Positions 1 to 12,890 of a stretch of DNA of 64,000 bases are shown piece by piece; position 1 is the stretch's first letter; each line of letters begins with the position of its first letter. Origin of the DNA: Eledone cirrhosa (lineage: Eukaryota); contig OZ024758.1 in the NCBI GenBank assembly GCA_964016885.1, positions 38,564,001-38,628,000 on the forward strand, in the 5' to 3' direction. Made by a program: the position numbers and the translations under genes. The notes beneath the pieces are model-generated. The model searched no databases. It was not told where the DNA came from and worked only from the letters and a program-made list of their open reading frames with translations.

Positions 1-289
1 ATTCATTTAAGTTCATGGTATTAGCTGTTAGAAGTCACTCCACTGCTGGTGAGAATTCATTTAAGTTCATGGTACTAGCTGTCAGAAGTAACCCCAATGT
101 TGGTGAGAATTCATTTAAGTTCATGGTATTAGCTGTCAGAAGTCACTCCAATGTTGGTGAGAATTCGTTTAAGTTCATGGTATTAGCTGTCAGAAGCAAC
201 TCCACTGTTGGTGAGAATTCATTTAAGTTCATGGTATTAGCTGTCAGAAGTAACTCCACTGTTGGTGAGAATTCATTTAAGTTCATGGT

Positions 290-3200
290 ATTAGCTGTCA
301 GAAGGAACTCCACTGTTGGTGATAATTCATTTAAGTTCATGGTATTAGCTGTCAGAAGTAACTCCACTGTTGGTGAGAATTCATTTAAGTTCATGGTACT
401 AGTTGTCAGAAGTAACTCCACTGTTGGTGAGAATTCATTTAAGTTCATGGTACTAGCTGTCAGAAGTAACTCCAATGTTGGTAAGAATTCATTTAAGTTC
501 ATGATATTAGCTGTCAGAAGTAACTCCACTGTTGGTGAGAATTCATTTAAGTTCATGGTACTAGCTGTCAGAAGTAACTCCACTGTTGGTGAGAATTCAT
601 TTAAGTTTATGGTACTAGCTGTCAGAAGTAACCCCAATGTTGGTGAGAATTCATTTAAGTTCATGGTATTAGCTGTCAGAAGTCACTCCACTGTTGGTGA
701 GAATTCATTTAAGTTCATGGTACTAGCTGTCAGAAGTAACCCCAATGTTGCTGAGAATTCATTTAAGTTCATGGTATTAGCTGTCAGAAGTCACTCCAAT
801 GTTGGTGAGAATTCATTTAAGTTCATGGTATTACCTGTCAGAAGGAACTCCAATGTTGGTGAGAATTCATTTAAGTCATGGTACTAGCTGTCAGAAGTAA
901 CTCCACTGTTGGTGAGAATTCATTTAAGTTCATGGTATTAGCTGTCAGAAGGAACGCCACTGTTGGTGAGAATTCATTTAAGTTCATGGTATTAGCTATC
1001 AGAAGTAACTCCACTGTTGGTGAGAATTCATTTAAGTTCATGGTACTAGCTGTCAGAAGTAACTCCAATGTTGGTGAGAATTCATTTAAGTTCATGGTAT
1101 TAGCTGTCAGAAGGAACTCCACTGTTGGTGAGAATTCATTTAAGTCTTGGTATTAGTTGTCAGAAGTAACTCCAATGTTGGTGAGAATTCATTTAAGTTC
1201 ATGGTACTAGCTGTCAGAAGTAACTCCACTGTTGGTGAGAATTCATTTAAGTTCATGGTACTAGCTGTCAGAAGTAACTCCAATGTTGGTGAGAATTCAT
1301 TTACGTTCATGGTATTAGCTGTCACAAGGAACTCCACTGTTGGTGAGAATTCATTTAATTCATGGTATTAGCTGTCAGAAGTAAATCCAATGTTGGTGAG
1401 AATTCATTTAAGTTCATGGTATTAGCTGTCAGAAGTAACTCCACTGTTGGTGAGAATTCATTTAAGTTCATGGTATTAGCTGTCAGAAAGAACTCCAATG
1501 TTGGTGAGAATTCATTTAAGTTCATGGTATTAGCTGTTAGAAGTCACTCCACTGTTGGTGAGAATTCATTTAAGTTCATGGTACTAGCTGTCAGAAGTAA
1601 CCCCAATGTTGGTGAGAATTCATTTAAGTTCATGGTATTAGCTGTCAGAAGTCACTCCAATGTTGGTGAGAATTCATTTAAGTTCATGGTATTAGCTGTC
1701 AGAAGTAACTCCACTGTTGGTGAGAATTCGGTTAAGTTCATGGTATTAGCTGTCAGAAGTAACTCCACTGTTGGTGAGAATTCATTTAAGTCTTGGTGTT
1801 AGTTGTCAGAAGTAACTCCAATGTTGGTGAGAATTCATTTAAGTTCATGGTACTAGCTGTCAGAAGTCACTCCAATGTTGGTGAGAATTCATTTAAGTTC
1901 ATGGTATTAGCTGTCAGAAGTAACTCCACTGTTGGTGAGAATTCATTTAAGTTCATGGTATTAGCTGTCAGAAGCAACTCCACTGTTGGTGAGAATTCAT
2001 TTAAGTTCATGGTATTAGCTGTCAGAAGTAACTCCACTGTTGGTGAGAATTCATTTAAGTTCATGGTATTAGCTGTCAGAAGGAACTCCAATGTTGGTGA
2101 GAATTCATTTAAGTCATGGTACTAGCTGTCAGAAGTAACTCCACTGTTGGTGAGAATTCATTTAAGTTCATGGTATTAGCTGTCAGAAGTCACTCCAATG
2201 TTGGTGAGAATTCATTTAAGTTCATGGTATTAGCTGTCAGAAGTAACTCCACTGTTGGTGAGAATTCATTTAAGTTCATGGTATTAGCTGTCAGAAGCAA
2301 CTCCACTGTTGGTGAGAATTCATTTAAGTTCATGGTATTAGCTGTCAGAAGTAACTCCACTGTTGGTGAGAATTCATTTAAGTTCATGGTATTAGCTGTC
2401 AGAAGGAACTCCAATGTTGGTGAGAATTCATTTAAGTCATGGTACTAGCTGTCAGAAGTAACTCCACTGTTGGTGAGAATTCATTTAAGTTCATGGTATT
2501 AGCTGTCAGAAGGAACGCCACTGTTGGTGAGAATTCATTTAAGTTCATGGTATTAGCTGTCAGAAGTAACTCCACTGTTGGTGAGAATTCATTTAAGTTC
2601 ATGGTACTAGCTGTCAGAAGTAACTCCAATGTTGGTGAGAATTCATTTAAGTTCATGGTATTAGCTGTCAGAAGGAACTCCACTGTTGGTGATAATTCAT
2701 TTAAGTTCATGGTATTAGCTGTCAGAAGTAACTCCACTGTTGGTGAGAATTCATTTAAGTTCATGGTACTAGTTGTCAGAAGTAACTCCACTGTTGGTGA
2801 GAATTCATTTAAGTTCATGGTACTCGCTGTCAGAAGTAACTCCAATGTTGGTAAGAATTCATTTAAGTTCATGATATTAGCTGTCAGAAGTAACTCCACT
2901 GTTGGTGAGAATTCATTTAAGTTCATGGTACTAGCTGTCAGAAGTAACTCCACTGTTGGTGAGAATTCATTTAAGTTTATGGTACTAGCTGTCAGAAGTA
3001 ACCCCAATGTTGGTGAGAATTCATTTAAGTTCATGTTATTAGCTGTCAGAAGTCACTCCAATGTTGGTTAGAATTCATTTAAGTTCATGGTATTAGCTGT
3101 CAGAAGTCACTCCACTGTTGGTGAGAATTCATTTAAGTTCATGGTACTAGCTGTCAGAAGTAACCCCAATGTTGCTGAGAATTCATTTAAGTTCATGGTA

Positions 3201-3800
3201 TTAGCTGTCAGAAGTCACTCCAATGTTGGTGAGAATTCATTTAAGTTCATGGTTTTAGCTGTCAGAAGTAACTCCACTGTTGGTGAGAATTCATTTAAGT
3301 TCATGGTATTACCTGTCAGAAGGAACTCCAATGTTGGTGAGAATTCATTTAAGTCATGGTACTAGCTGTCAGAAGTAACTCCACTGTTGGTGAGAATTCA
3401 TTTAAGTTCATGGTATTAGCTGTCAGAAGGAACGCCACTGTTGGTGAGAATTCATTTAAGTTCATGGTATTAGCTATCAGAAGTAACTCCACTGTTGGTG
3501 AGAATTCATTTAAGTTCATGGTACTAGCTATCAGAAGTAACTCCAATGTTGGTGAGAATTCATTTAAGTTCATGGTATTAGCTGTCAGAAGGAACTCCAC
3601 TGTTGGTGAGAATTCATTTAAGTCTTGGTATTAGTTGTCAGAAGTAACTCCAATGTTGGTGAGAATTCATTTAAGTTCATGGTACTAGCTGTCAGAAGTA
3701 ACTCCACTGTTGGTGAGAATTCATTTAAGTTCATGGTACTAGCTGTCAGAAGTAACTCCAATGTTGGTGAGAATTCATTTAAGTTCATGGTATTAGCTGT
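290..3800. repeat. Internal duplication, about 290-1300 matching about 2660-3780, offset 2370 rising to 2478 bp
   Basis: Rare markers recur in the same order: gataattc (321/2691), gtaagaattc...atgatattag (481/2851), aagtttatgg (~603/~2973), gttgctgaga (747/3171), ttacctgtc (831/3309), gctatcag (~995/~3473). The offset steps 2370 to 2424 to 2478, meaning two extra monomers in the second copy. Confidence 0.85.
1850..2500. repeat. Short tandem duplication with a 323-bp (6-monomer) period
   Basis: ORFs 1793/2116 and 1867/2190 are offset by 323. The series agtcactccaat ... agcaactcc ... aggaactccaat + 53-bp junction is repeated. Confidence 0.8.
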
Positions 3801-5129
3801 CAGAAGTAACTCCACTGTTGGTGAGAATTCATTTAAGTTCATGGTACTAGCTGTCAGAAGTAACTCCACTGTTGGTGAGAATTCATTTAAGTTCATGGTA
3901 TTAGCTGTCAGAAGTAACTCCACTGTTGGTGAGAATTCATTTAAGTTCATGGTACTAGCTGTCAGAAGTAACCCCAATGTTGGTGAGAATTCATTTAAGT
4001 TCATGGTATTAGCTGTCAGAAGTAACTCCACTGTTGGTGAGAATTCGTTTAAGTTCATGGTATTAGCTGTCAGAAGCAACTCCACTGTTGGTGAGAATTC
4101 ATTTAAGTTCATGGTATTAGCTGTCAGAAGTAACTCCACTGTTGGTGAGAATTCATTTAAGTTCATGGTATTAGCTGTCAGAATGAACTCCAATGTTGGT
4201 GAGAATTCATTTAAGTCATGGTACTAGCTGTCAGAAGTAACTCCACTGTTGGTGAGAATTCATTTAAGTTCATGGTATTAGCTGTCAGAAGGAACGCCAC
4301 TGTTGGTGAGAATTCATTTAAGTTCATGGTATTAGCTGTCAGAAGTAACTCCACTGTTGGTGAGAATTCATTTAAGTTCATGGTACTAGCTGTCAGAAGT
4401 AACTCCAATGTTGGTGAGAATTCATTTAAGTTCATGGTATTAGCTGTCAGAAGGAACTCCACTGTTGGTGAGAATTCATTTAAGTTCATGGTATTAGCTG
4501 TCAGAAGTAACTCCACTGTTGGTGAGAATTCATTTAAGTTCATGGTACTAGTTGTCAGAAGTAACTCCACTGTTGGTGAGAATTCATTTAAGTTCATGGT
4601 ATTAGTTCGTCAGAAGTAACTCCACTGTTGGTGAGAATTCATTTAAGTCATGGTATTAGTTGTCAGAAGTAACTCCAATGTTGGTGAGAATTCATTTAAG
4701 TCATGGTACTAGCTGTCAGAAGTAACTCCAATGTTGGTGAGAATTCATTTAAGTTCATGGTATTAGCTGTCAGAAGGAACTCCACTGTTGGTGAGAATTC
4801 ATTTAAGTTCATGGTACTAGCTGTCAGAAGTAACTCTAATGTTGGTGAGAATTCATTTAAGTTCATGGTATTAGCTGTCAGAAGTAACTCCACTGTTGGT
4901 GAGAATTCATTTAAGTTCATGGTATTAGCTGTCAGAAGGAACGCCACTGTTGGTGAGAATTCATCTAAGTTCATGGTATTAGCTGTCAGAAGTAACACCA
5001 CTGTTGGTGAGAATTCATTTAAGTTCATGGTACTAGCTGTCAGAAGTAACTCCAATGTTGGTGAGAATTCATTTAAGTTCATGGTATTAGCTGTCAGAAG
5101 TAACTCCACTGTTGGTGAGAATTCATTTA

Positions 5130-8100
5130 AGTCTTGGTGTTAGTTGTCAGAAGTAACTCCAATGTTGGTGAGAATTCATTTAAGTTCATGGTACTAGCTG
5201 TCAGAAGTAACCCCAATGTTGGTGAGAATTCATTTAAGTTCATGGTATTAGCTGTCAGAAGTCACTCCAATGTTGGTGAGAATTCATTTAAGTTCATGGT
5301 ATTAGCTGTTAGAAGTCACTCCACTGTTGGTGAGAATTCATTTAAGTTCATGGTACTAGCTGTCAGAAGTAACCCCAATGTTGGTGAGAATTCATTTAAG
5401 TTCATGGTATTAGCTGTCAGAAGTCACTCCAATGTTGGTGAGAATTCATTTAAGTTCATGGTATTAGCTGTCAGGAGTAACTCCACTGTTGGTGAGAATT
5501 CGTTTAAGTTCATGGTATTAGCTGTCAGAAGCAACTCCACTGTTGGTGAGAATTCATTTAAGTTCATGGTATTAGCTGTCAGAAGTAACTCCACTGTTGG
5601 TGAGAATTCATTTAAGTTCATGGTATTAGCTGTCAGAAGGAACTCCAATGTTGGTGAGAATTCATTTAAGTCATGGTACTAGCTGTCAGAAGTAACTCCA
5701 CTGTTGGTGAGAATTCATTTAAGTTCATGGTATTAGCTGTCAGAAGGAACGCCACTGTTGGTGAGAATTCATTTAAGTTCATGGTATTAGCTGTCAGAAG
5801 TAACTCCACTGTTGGTGAGAATTCATTTAAGTTCATGGTACTAGCTGTCAGAAGTAACTCCAATGTTGGTGAGAATTCATTTAAGTTCATGGTATTAGCT
5901 GTCAGAAGGAACTCCACTGTTGGTGAGAATTCATTTAAGATCATGGTATTAGCTGTCAGAAGTAACTCCACTGTTGGTGAGAATTCATTTAAGTTCATGG
6001 TACTAGTTGTCAGAAGTAACTCCACTGTTGGTGAGAATTCATTTAAGTTCATGGTATTAGTTCGTCAGAAGTAACTCCACTGTTGGTGAGAATTCATTTA
6101 AGTCATGGTATTAGTTGTCAGAAGTAACTCCAATGTTGGTGAGAATTCATTTAAGTCATGGTACTAGCTGTCAGAAGTAACTCCAATGTTGGTGAGAATT
6201 CATTTAAGTTCATGGTATTAGCTGTCAGAAGGAACTCCACTGTTGGTGAGAATTCATTTAAGTTCATGGTACTAGCTGTCAGAAGTAACTCTAATGTTGG
6301 TGAGAATTCATTTAAGTTCATGGTATTAGCTGTCACAAGGAACTCCACTGTTGGTGAGAATTCCTTTAAGTCATGGTATTAGCTGTCAGAAGTAAATCCA
6401 ATGTTGGTGAGAATTCATTTAAGTTCATGGTATTAGCTGTCAGAAGTAACTCCACTGTTGGTGAGAATTCATTTAAGTTCATGGTACTAGCTGTCAGAAG
6501 TAACTCCAATGTTGGTGAGAATTCATTTAAGTTCATGGTATTAGCTGTCAGAAGGAACTCCTCTGTTGGTGAGAATTCATTTAAGTTCATGGTATTAGCT
6601 GTCAGAAGTAACTCCACTGTTGGTGAGAATTCATTTAAGTTCATGGTACTAGTTGTCAGAAGTAACTCCACTGTTGGTGAGAATTCATTTAAGTTCATGG
6701 TATTAGTTCGTCAGAAGTAACTCCACTGTTGGTGAGAATTCATTTAAGTCATGGTATTAGTTGTCAGAAGTAACTCCAATGTTGGTGAGAATTCATTTAA
6801 GTCATGGTACTAGCTGTCAGAAGTAACTCCAATGTTGGTGAGAATTCATTTAAGTTCATGGTATTAGCTGTCAGAAGGAACTCCACTGTTGGTGAGAATT
6901 CATTTAAGTTCATGGTACTAGCTGTCAGAAGTAACTCTAATGTTGGTGAGAATTCATTTAAGTTCATGGTATTAGCTGTCAGAAGTAACTCCACTGTTGG
7001 TGAGAATTCATTTAAGTTCATGGTATTAGCTGTCAGAAGGAACGCCACTGTTGGTGAGAATTCATTTAAGTCTTGGTGTTAGTTGTCAGAAGTAACTCCA
7101 ATGTTGGTGAGAATTCATTTAAGTTCATGGTACTAGCTGTCAGAAGTAACCCCAATGTTGGTGAGAATTCATTTAAGTTCATGGTATTAGCTGTCAGAAG
7201 TCACTCCAATGTTGGTGAGAATTCATTTAAGTTCATGGTATTAGCTGTTAGAAGTCACTCCACTGTTGGTGAGAATTCATTTAAGTTCATGGTACTAGCT
7301 GTCAGAAGTAACCCCAATGTTGGTGAGAATTCATTTAAGTTCATGGTATTAGCTGTCAGAAGTCACTCCAATGTTGGTGAGAATTCATTTAAGTTCATGG
7401 TATTAGCTGTCAGAAGTAACTCCACTGTTGGTGAGAATTCGTTTAAGTTCATGGTATTAGCTGTCAGAAGCAACTCCACTGTTGGTGAGAATTCATTTAA
7501 GTTCATGGTATTAGCTGTCAGAAGTAACTCCACTGTTGGTGAGAATTCATTTAAGTTCATGGTATTAGCTGTCAGAAGGAACTCCAATGTTGGTGAGAAT
7601 TCATTTAAGTCATGGTACTAGCTGTCAGAAGTAACTCCACTGTTGGTGAGAATTCATTTAAGTTCATGGTATTAGCTGTCAGAAGGAACGCCACTGTTGG
7701 TGAGAATTCATTTAAGTTCATGGTATTAGCTGTCAGAAGTAACTCCACTGTTGGTGAGAATTCATTTAAGTTCATGGTACTAGCTGTCAGAAGTAACTCC
7801 AATGTTGGTGAGAATTCATTTAAGTTCATGGTATTAGCTGTCAGAAGGAACTCCACTGTTGGTGAGAATTCATTTAAGATCATGGTATTAGCTGTCAGAA
7901 GTAACTCCACTGTTGGTGAGAATTCATTTAAGTTCATGGTACTAGTTGTCAGAAGTAACTCCACTGTTGGTGAGAATTCATTTAAGTTCATGGTATTAGT
8001 TCGTCAGAAGTAACTCCACTGTTGGTGAGAATTCATTTAAGTCATGGTATTAGTTGTCAGAAGTAACTCCAATGTTGGTGAGAATTCATTTAAGTCATGG

Positions 8101-8420
8101 TACTAGCTGTCAGAAGTAACTCCAATGTTGGTGAGAATTCATTTAAGTTCATGGTATTAGCTGTCAGAAGGAACTCCACTGTTGGTGAGAATTCATTTAA
8201 GTTCATGGTACTAGCTGTCAGAAGTAACTCTAATGTTGGTGAGAATTCATTTAAGTTCATGGTATTAGCTGTCACAAGGAACTCCACTGTTGGTGAGAAT
8301 TCCTTTAAGTCATGGTATTAGCTGTCAGAAGTAAATCCAATGTTGGTGAGAATTCATTTAAGTTCATGGTATTAGCTGTCAGAAGTAACTCCACTGTTGG
8401 TGAGAATTCATTTAAGTTCA
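5130..8420. repeat. Duplication with a 1939-bp (36-monomer) period
   Basis: Identical ORF pairs 5134/7073, 5673/7612 and 6158/8097. Shared markers tttaagatcatgg (5940/7879) and gtcacaagg...ttcctttaagtc...agtaaatcc (~6332/~8271). Confidence 0.9.
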
Positions 8421-8759
8421 TGGTATTAGCTGTCAGAAGGAACTCCAATGTTGGTGAGAATTCATTTAAGTCATGGTACTAGCTGTCAGAAGTAACTCTA
8501 ATGTTGGTGAGAATTCATTTAAGTTCATGGTATTAGCTGTCAGAAGGAACGCCACTGTTGGTGAGAATTCATTTAAGTTCATGGTACTAGCTGTCAGAAG
8601 TAACTCCAATGTTGGTGAGAATTCATTTAAGTTCATGGTATTAGCTGTCAGAAGTAACTCCACTGTTGGTGAGAATTCATTTAAGTCTTGGTGTTAGTTG
8701 TCAGAAGTAACTCCAATGTTGGTGAGAATTCATTTAAGTTCATGGTACTAGCTGTCAGA

Positions 8760-11700
8760 AGTAACTCCACTGTTGGTGAGAATTCATTTAAGTCCATGGT
8801 ACTAGCTGTCAGAAGTAACTCCAATGTTGGTGAGAATTCATTTAAGTTCATGGTATTAGCTGTCAGAAGTAACTCCAATGTTGGTGAGAATTCATTTAAG
8901 TTCATGGTATTAGCTGTCAGAAGAAACTCCACTGTTGGTGAGAATTCATTTAAGTCTTGGTATTAGTTGTCAGAAGTAACTCCAATGTTGGTGAGAATTC
9001 ATTTAAGGTCATGGTACTAGCTGTCAGAAGTAACTCCACTGTTGGTGAGAATTCATTTAAGTTCATGGTACTAGCTGTCAGAAGTAACTCCAATGTTGGT
9101 GAGAATACATTTAAGTTCATGGTATTAGCTGTCAGAAGTAACTCCACTGTTGGTGAGAATTCATTTAAGTTCATGGTACTAGCTGTCAGAAGTAACTCCA
9201 CTGTTGGTGAGAATTCATTTAAGTTCATGGTATTAGCTGTCAGAAGTAACTCCACTGTTGGTGAGAATTCATTTAAGTTCATGGTACTAGCTGTCAGAAG
9301 TAACCCCAATGTTGGTGAGAATTCATTTAAGTTCATGGTATTAGCTGTCAGTAGTCACTCCAATGTTGGTGAGAATTCATTTAAGTTCATGGTATTAGCT
9401 GTCAGAAGTCACTCCACTGTTGGTGAGAATTCATTTAAGTTCATGGTACTAGCTGTCAGAAGTAACCGCAATGTTGGTGAGAATTCATTTAAGTTCATGG
9501 TATTAGCTGTCAGAAGTCACTCCAATGTTGGTGAGAATTCATTTAAGTTCATGGTATTAGCTGTCAGAAGTAACTCCACTGTTGGTGAGAATTCATTTAA
9601 GTTCATGGTATTAGCTGTCAGAAGTCACTCCACTGTTGGTGAGAATTCATTTAAGTTCATGGTATTAGCTGTCAGAAGTAACTCCACTGTTGGTGAGAAT
9701 TCATTTAAGTTCATGGTATTAGCTGTCAGAAGGAACTCCACTGTTGGTGAGAATTCATTTAAGTCTTGGTGTTAGTTGTCAGAAGTAACTCCAATGTTGG
9801 TGAGAATTCATTTAAGTTCATGGTACTAGCTGTCAGAAGTAACTCCACTGTTGGTGAGAATTCATTTAAGTTCATGGTACTAGCTGTCAGAAGTAACTCC
9901 AATGTTGGTGAGAATTCATTTAAGTTCATGGTATTAGCTGTCAGAAGTAACTCCAATGTTGGTGAGAATTCATTTAAGTTCATGGTATTAGCTGTCAGAA
10001 GGAACTCCACTGTTGGTGAGAATTCATTTAAGTCTTGGTATTAGTTGTCAGAAGTAACTCCAATGTTGGTGAGAATTCATTTAAGTTCATGGTACTAGCT
10101 GCCAGAAGTAACTCCACTGTTGGTGAGAATTCATTTAAGTTCATGGTACTAGCTGTCAGAAGTAACTCCAATGTTGGTGAGAATTCATTTAAGTTCATGG
10201 TATTAGCTGTCAGAAGTAACTCCACTGTTGGTGAGAATTCATTTAAGTTCATGGTACTAGCTGTCAGAAGTAACTCCACTGTTGGTGAGAATTCATTTAA
10301 GTTCATGGTATTAGCTGTCAGAAGTAACTCCACTGTTGGTGAGAATTCATTTAAGTTCATGGTATTAGCTGTCAGAAGGAACTCCACTGTTGGTGAGAAT
10401 TCATTTAAGTCTTGGTGTTAGCTGTCAGAAGTCACTCCAATGTTGGTGAGAATTCATTTAAGTTCATGGTATTAGCTGTTAGAAGTCACTCCACTGTTGG
10501 TGAGAATTCATTTAAGTTCATGGTACTAGCTGTCAGAAGTAACCCCAATGTTGGTGAGAATTCATTTAAGTTCATGGTATTAGCTGTCAGAAGTCACTCC
10601 AATGTTGGTGAGAATTCATTTAAGTTCATGGTATTAGCTGTCAGAAGTAACTCCACTGTTGGTGAGAATTCGTTTAAGTTCATGGTATTAGCTGTCAGAA
10701 GCAACTCCACTGTTGGTGAGAATTCATTTAAGTTCATGGTATTAGCTGTCAGAAGTAACTCCACTGTTGGTGAGAATTCATTTAAGTTCATGGTATTAGC
10801 TGTCAGAAGGAACTCCAATGTTGGTGAGAATTCATTTAAGTCATGGTACTAGCTGTCAGAAGTAACTCCACTGTTGGTGAGAATTCATTTAAGTTCATGG
10901 TATTAGCTGTCAGAAGGAACTCCACTGTTGGTGAGAATTCATTTAAGTTCATGGTATTAGCTGTCAGAAGTAACTCCACTGTTGGTGAGAATTCATTTAA
11001 GTTCATGGTACTAGTTGTCAGAAGTAACTCCACTGTTGGTGAGAATTCATTTAAGTTCATGGTATTAGTTCGTCAGAAGTAACTCCACTGTTGGTGAGAA
11101 TTCATTTAAGTCATGGTATTAGTTGTCAGAAGTAACTCCAATGTTGGTGAGAATTCATTTAAGTCATGGTACTAGCTGTCAGAAGTAACTCCAATGTTGG
11201 TGAGAATTCATTTAAGTTCATGGTATTAGCTGTCAGAAGGAACTCCACTGTTGGTGAGAATTCATTTAAGTTCATGGTACTAGCTGTCAGAAGTAACTCT
11301 AATGTTGGTGAGAATTCATTTAAGTTCATGGTATTAGCTGTCACAAGGAACTCCACTGTTGGTGAGAATTCATTTAAGTCATGGTATTAGCTGTCAGAAG
11401 TAAATCCAATGTTGGTGAGAATTCATTTAAGTTCATGGTATTAGCTGTCAGAAGTAACTCCACTGTTGGTGAGAATTCATTTAAGTTCATGGTATTAGCT
11501 GTCAGAAGGAACTCCAATGTTGATGAGAATTCATTTAAGTCATGGTACTAGCTGTCAGAAGTAACTCCACTGTTGGTGAGAATTCATTTAAGTTCATGGT
11601 ATTAGCTGTCAGAAGTAACTCCACTGTTGGTGAGAATTCATTTAAGTTCATGGTACTAGCTGTCAGTAGTAACTCCACTGTTGGTGAGAATTCATTTAAC

Positions 11701-12890
11701 TTCATGGTACTAGCTGTCAGAAGTAACTCCAATGTTGGTGAGAATTCATTTAAGTTCATGGTATTAGCTGTCAGAAGTAACTCCAATGTTGGTGAGAATT
11801 CATTTTAGTTCATGGTATTAGCTGTCAGAAGGAACTCCACTGTTGGTGAGAATTCATTTAAGTCTTGGTATTAGTTGTCAGAAGTAACTCCAATGTTGGT
11901 GAGAATTCATTTAAGTTCATGGTACTAGCTGTCAGAAGTAACTCCACTGTTGGTGAGAATTCATTTAAGTTCATGGTACTAGCTGTCAGAAGTAACTCCA
12001 ATGTTGGTGAGAATTCATTTAAGTTCATTGTATTAGCTGTCAGAAGTAACTCCACTGTTGGTGAGAATTCATTTAAGTTCATGTTACTAGCTGTCAGAAG
12101 TAACTCCACTGTTGGTGAGAATTCATTTAAGTTCATGGTATTAGCTGTCAGAAGTAACTCCACTGTTGGTGAGAATTCATTTAAGTTCATGGTACTAGCT
12201 GTCAGAAGTAACCCCAATGTTGGTGAGAATTCATTTAAGTTCATGGTATTAGCTGTCAGAAGTCACTCCAATGTTGGTGAGAATTCATTTAAGTTCATGG
12301 TATTAGCTGTCAGAAGTCACTCCACTGTTGGTGAGAATTCATTTAAGTTCATGGTACTAGCTGTCAGAAGTAACCCCAATGTTGGTGAGAATTCATTTAA
12401 GTTCATGGTATTAGCTGTCAGAAGTCACTCCAATGTTGGTGAGAATTCATTTAAGTTCATGGTATTAGCTGTCAGAAGTAACTCCACTGTTGGTGAGAAT
12501 TCATTTAAGTTCATGGTATTAGCTGTCAGAAGTAACTCCACTGTTGGTGAGAATTCATTTAAGTTCATGGTATTAGCTGTCAGAAGTAACTCCACTGTTG
12601 GTGAGAATTCATTTAAGTTCATGGTATTAGCTGTCAGAAGGAACTCCACTGTTGGTGAGAATTCATTTAAGTCTTGGTGTTAGTTGTCAGAAGTAACTCC
12701 AATGTTGGTGAGAATTCATTTAAGTTCATGGTACTAGCTGTCAGAAGTAACTCCACTGTTGGTGAGAATTCATTTAAGTTCATGGTACTAGCTGTCAGAA
12801 GTAACTCCAATGTTGGTGAGAATTCATTTAAGTTCATGGTATTAGCTGTCAGAAGTAACTCCACTGTTGGTGAGAATTCATTTAAGTTCA
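8760..12890. repeat. Older, more diverged duplication with a 2908-bp (54-monomer) offset
   Basis: ORF pairs 8957/11865 (both 272 aa) and 9766/12674 share monomer order, but each copy carries several private substitutions. Confidence 0.7.

Noticed and set aside
94-98. CCAAT boxes as promoter elements
   Set aside because: They arise from the common C/A dimorphism in hundreds of monomers with no downstream gene, so there is no support for promoter function.
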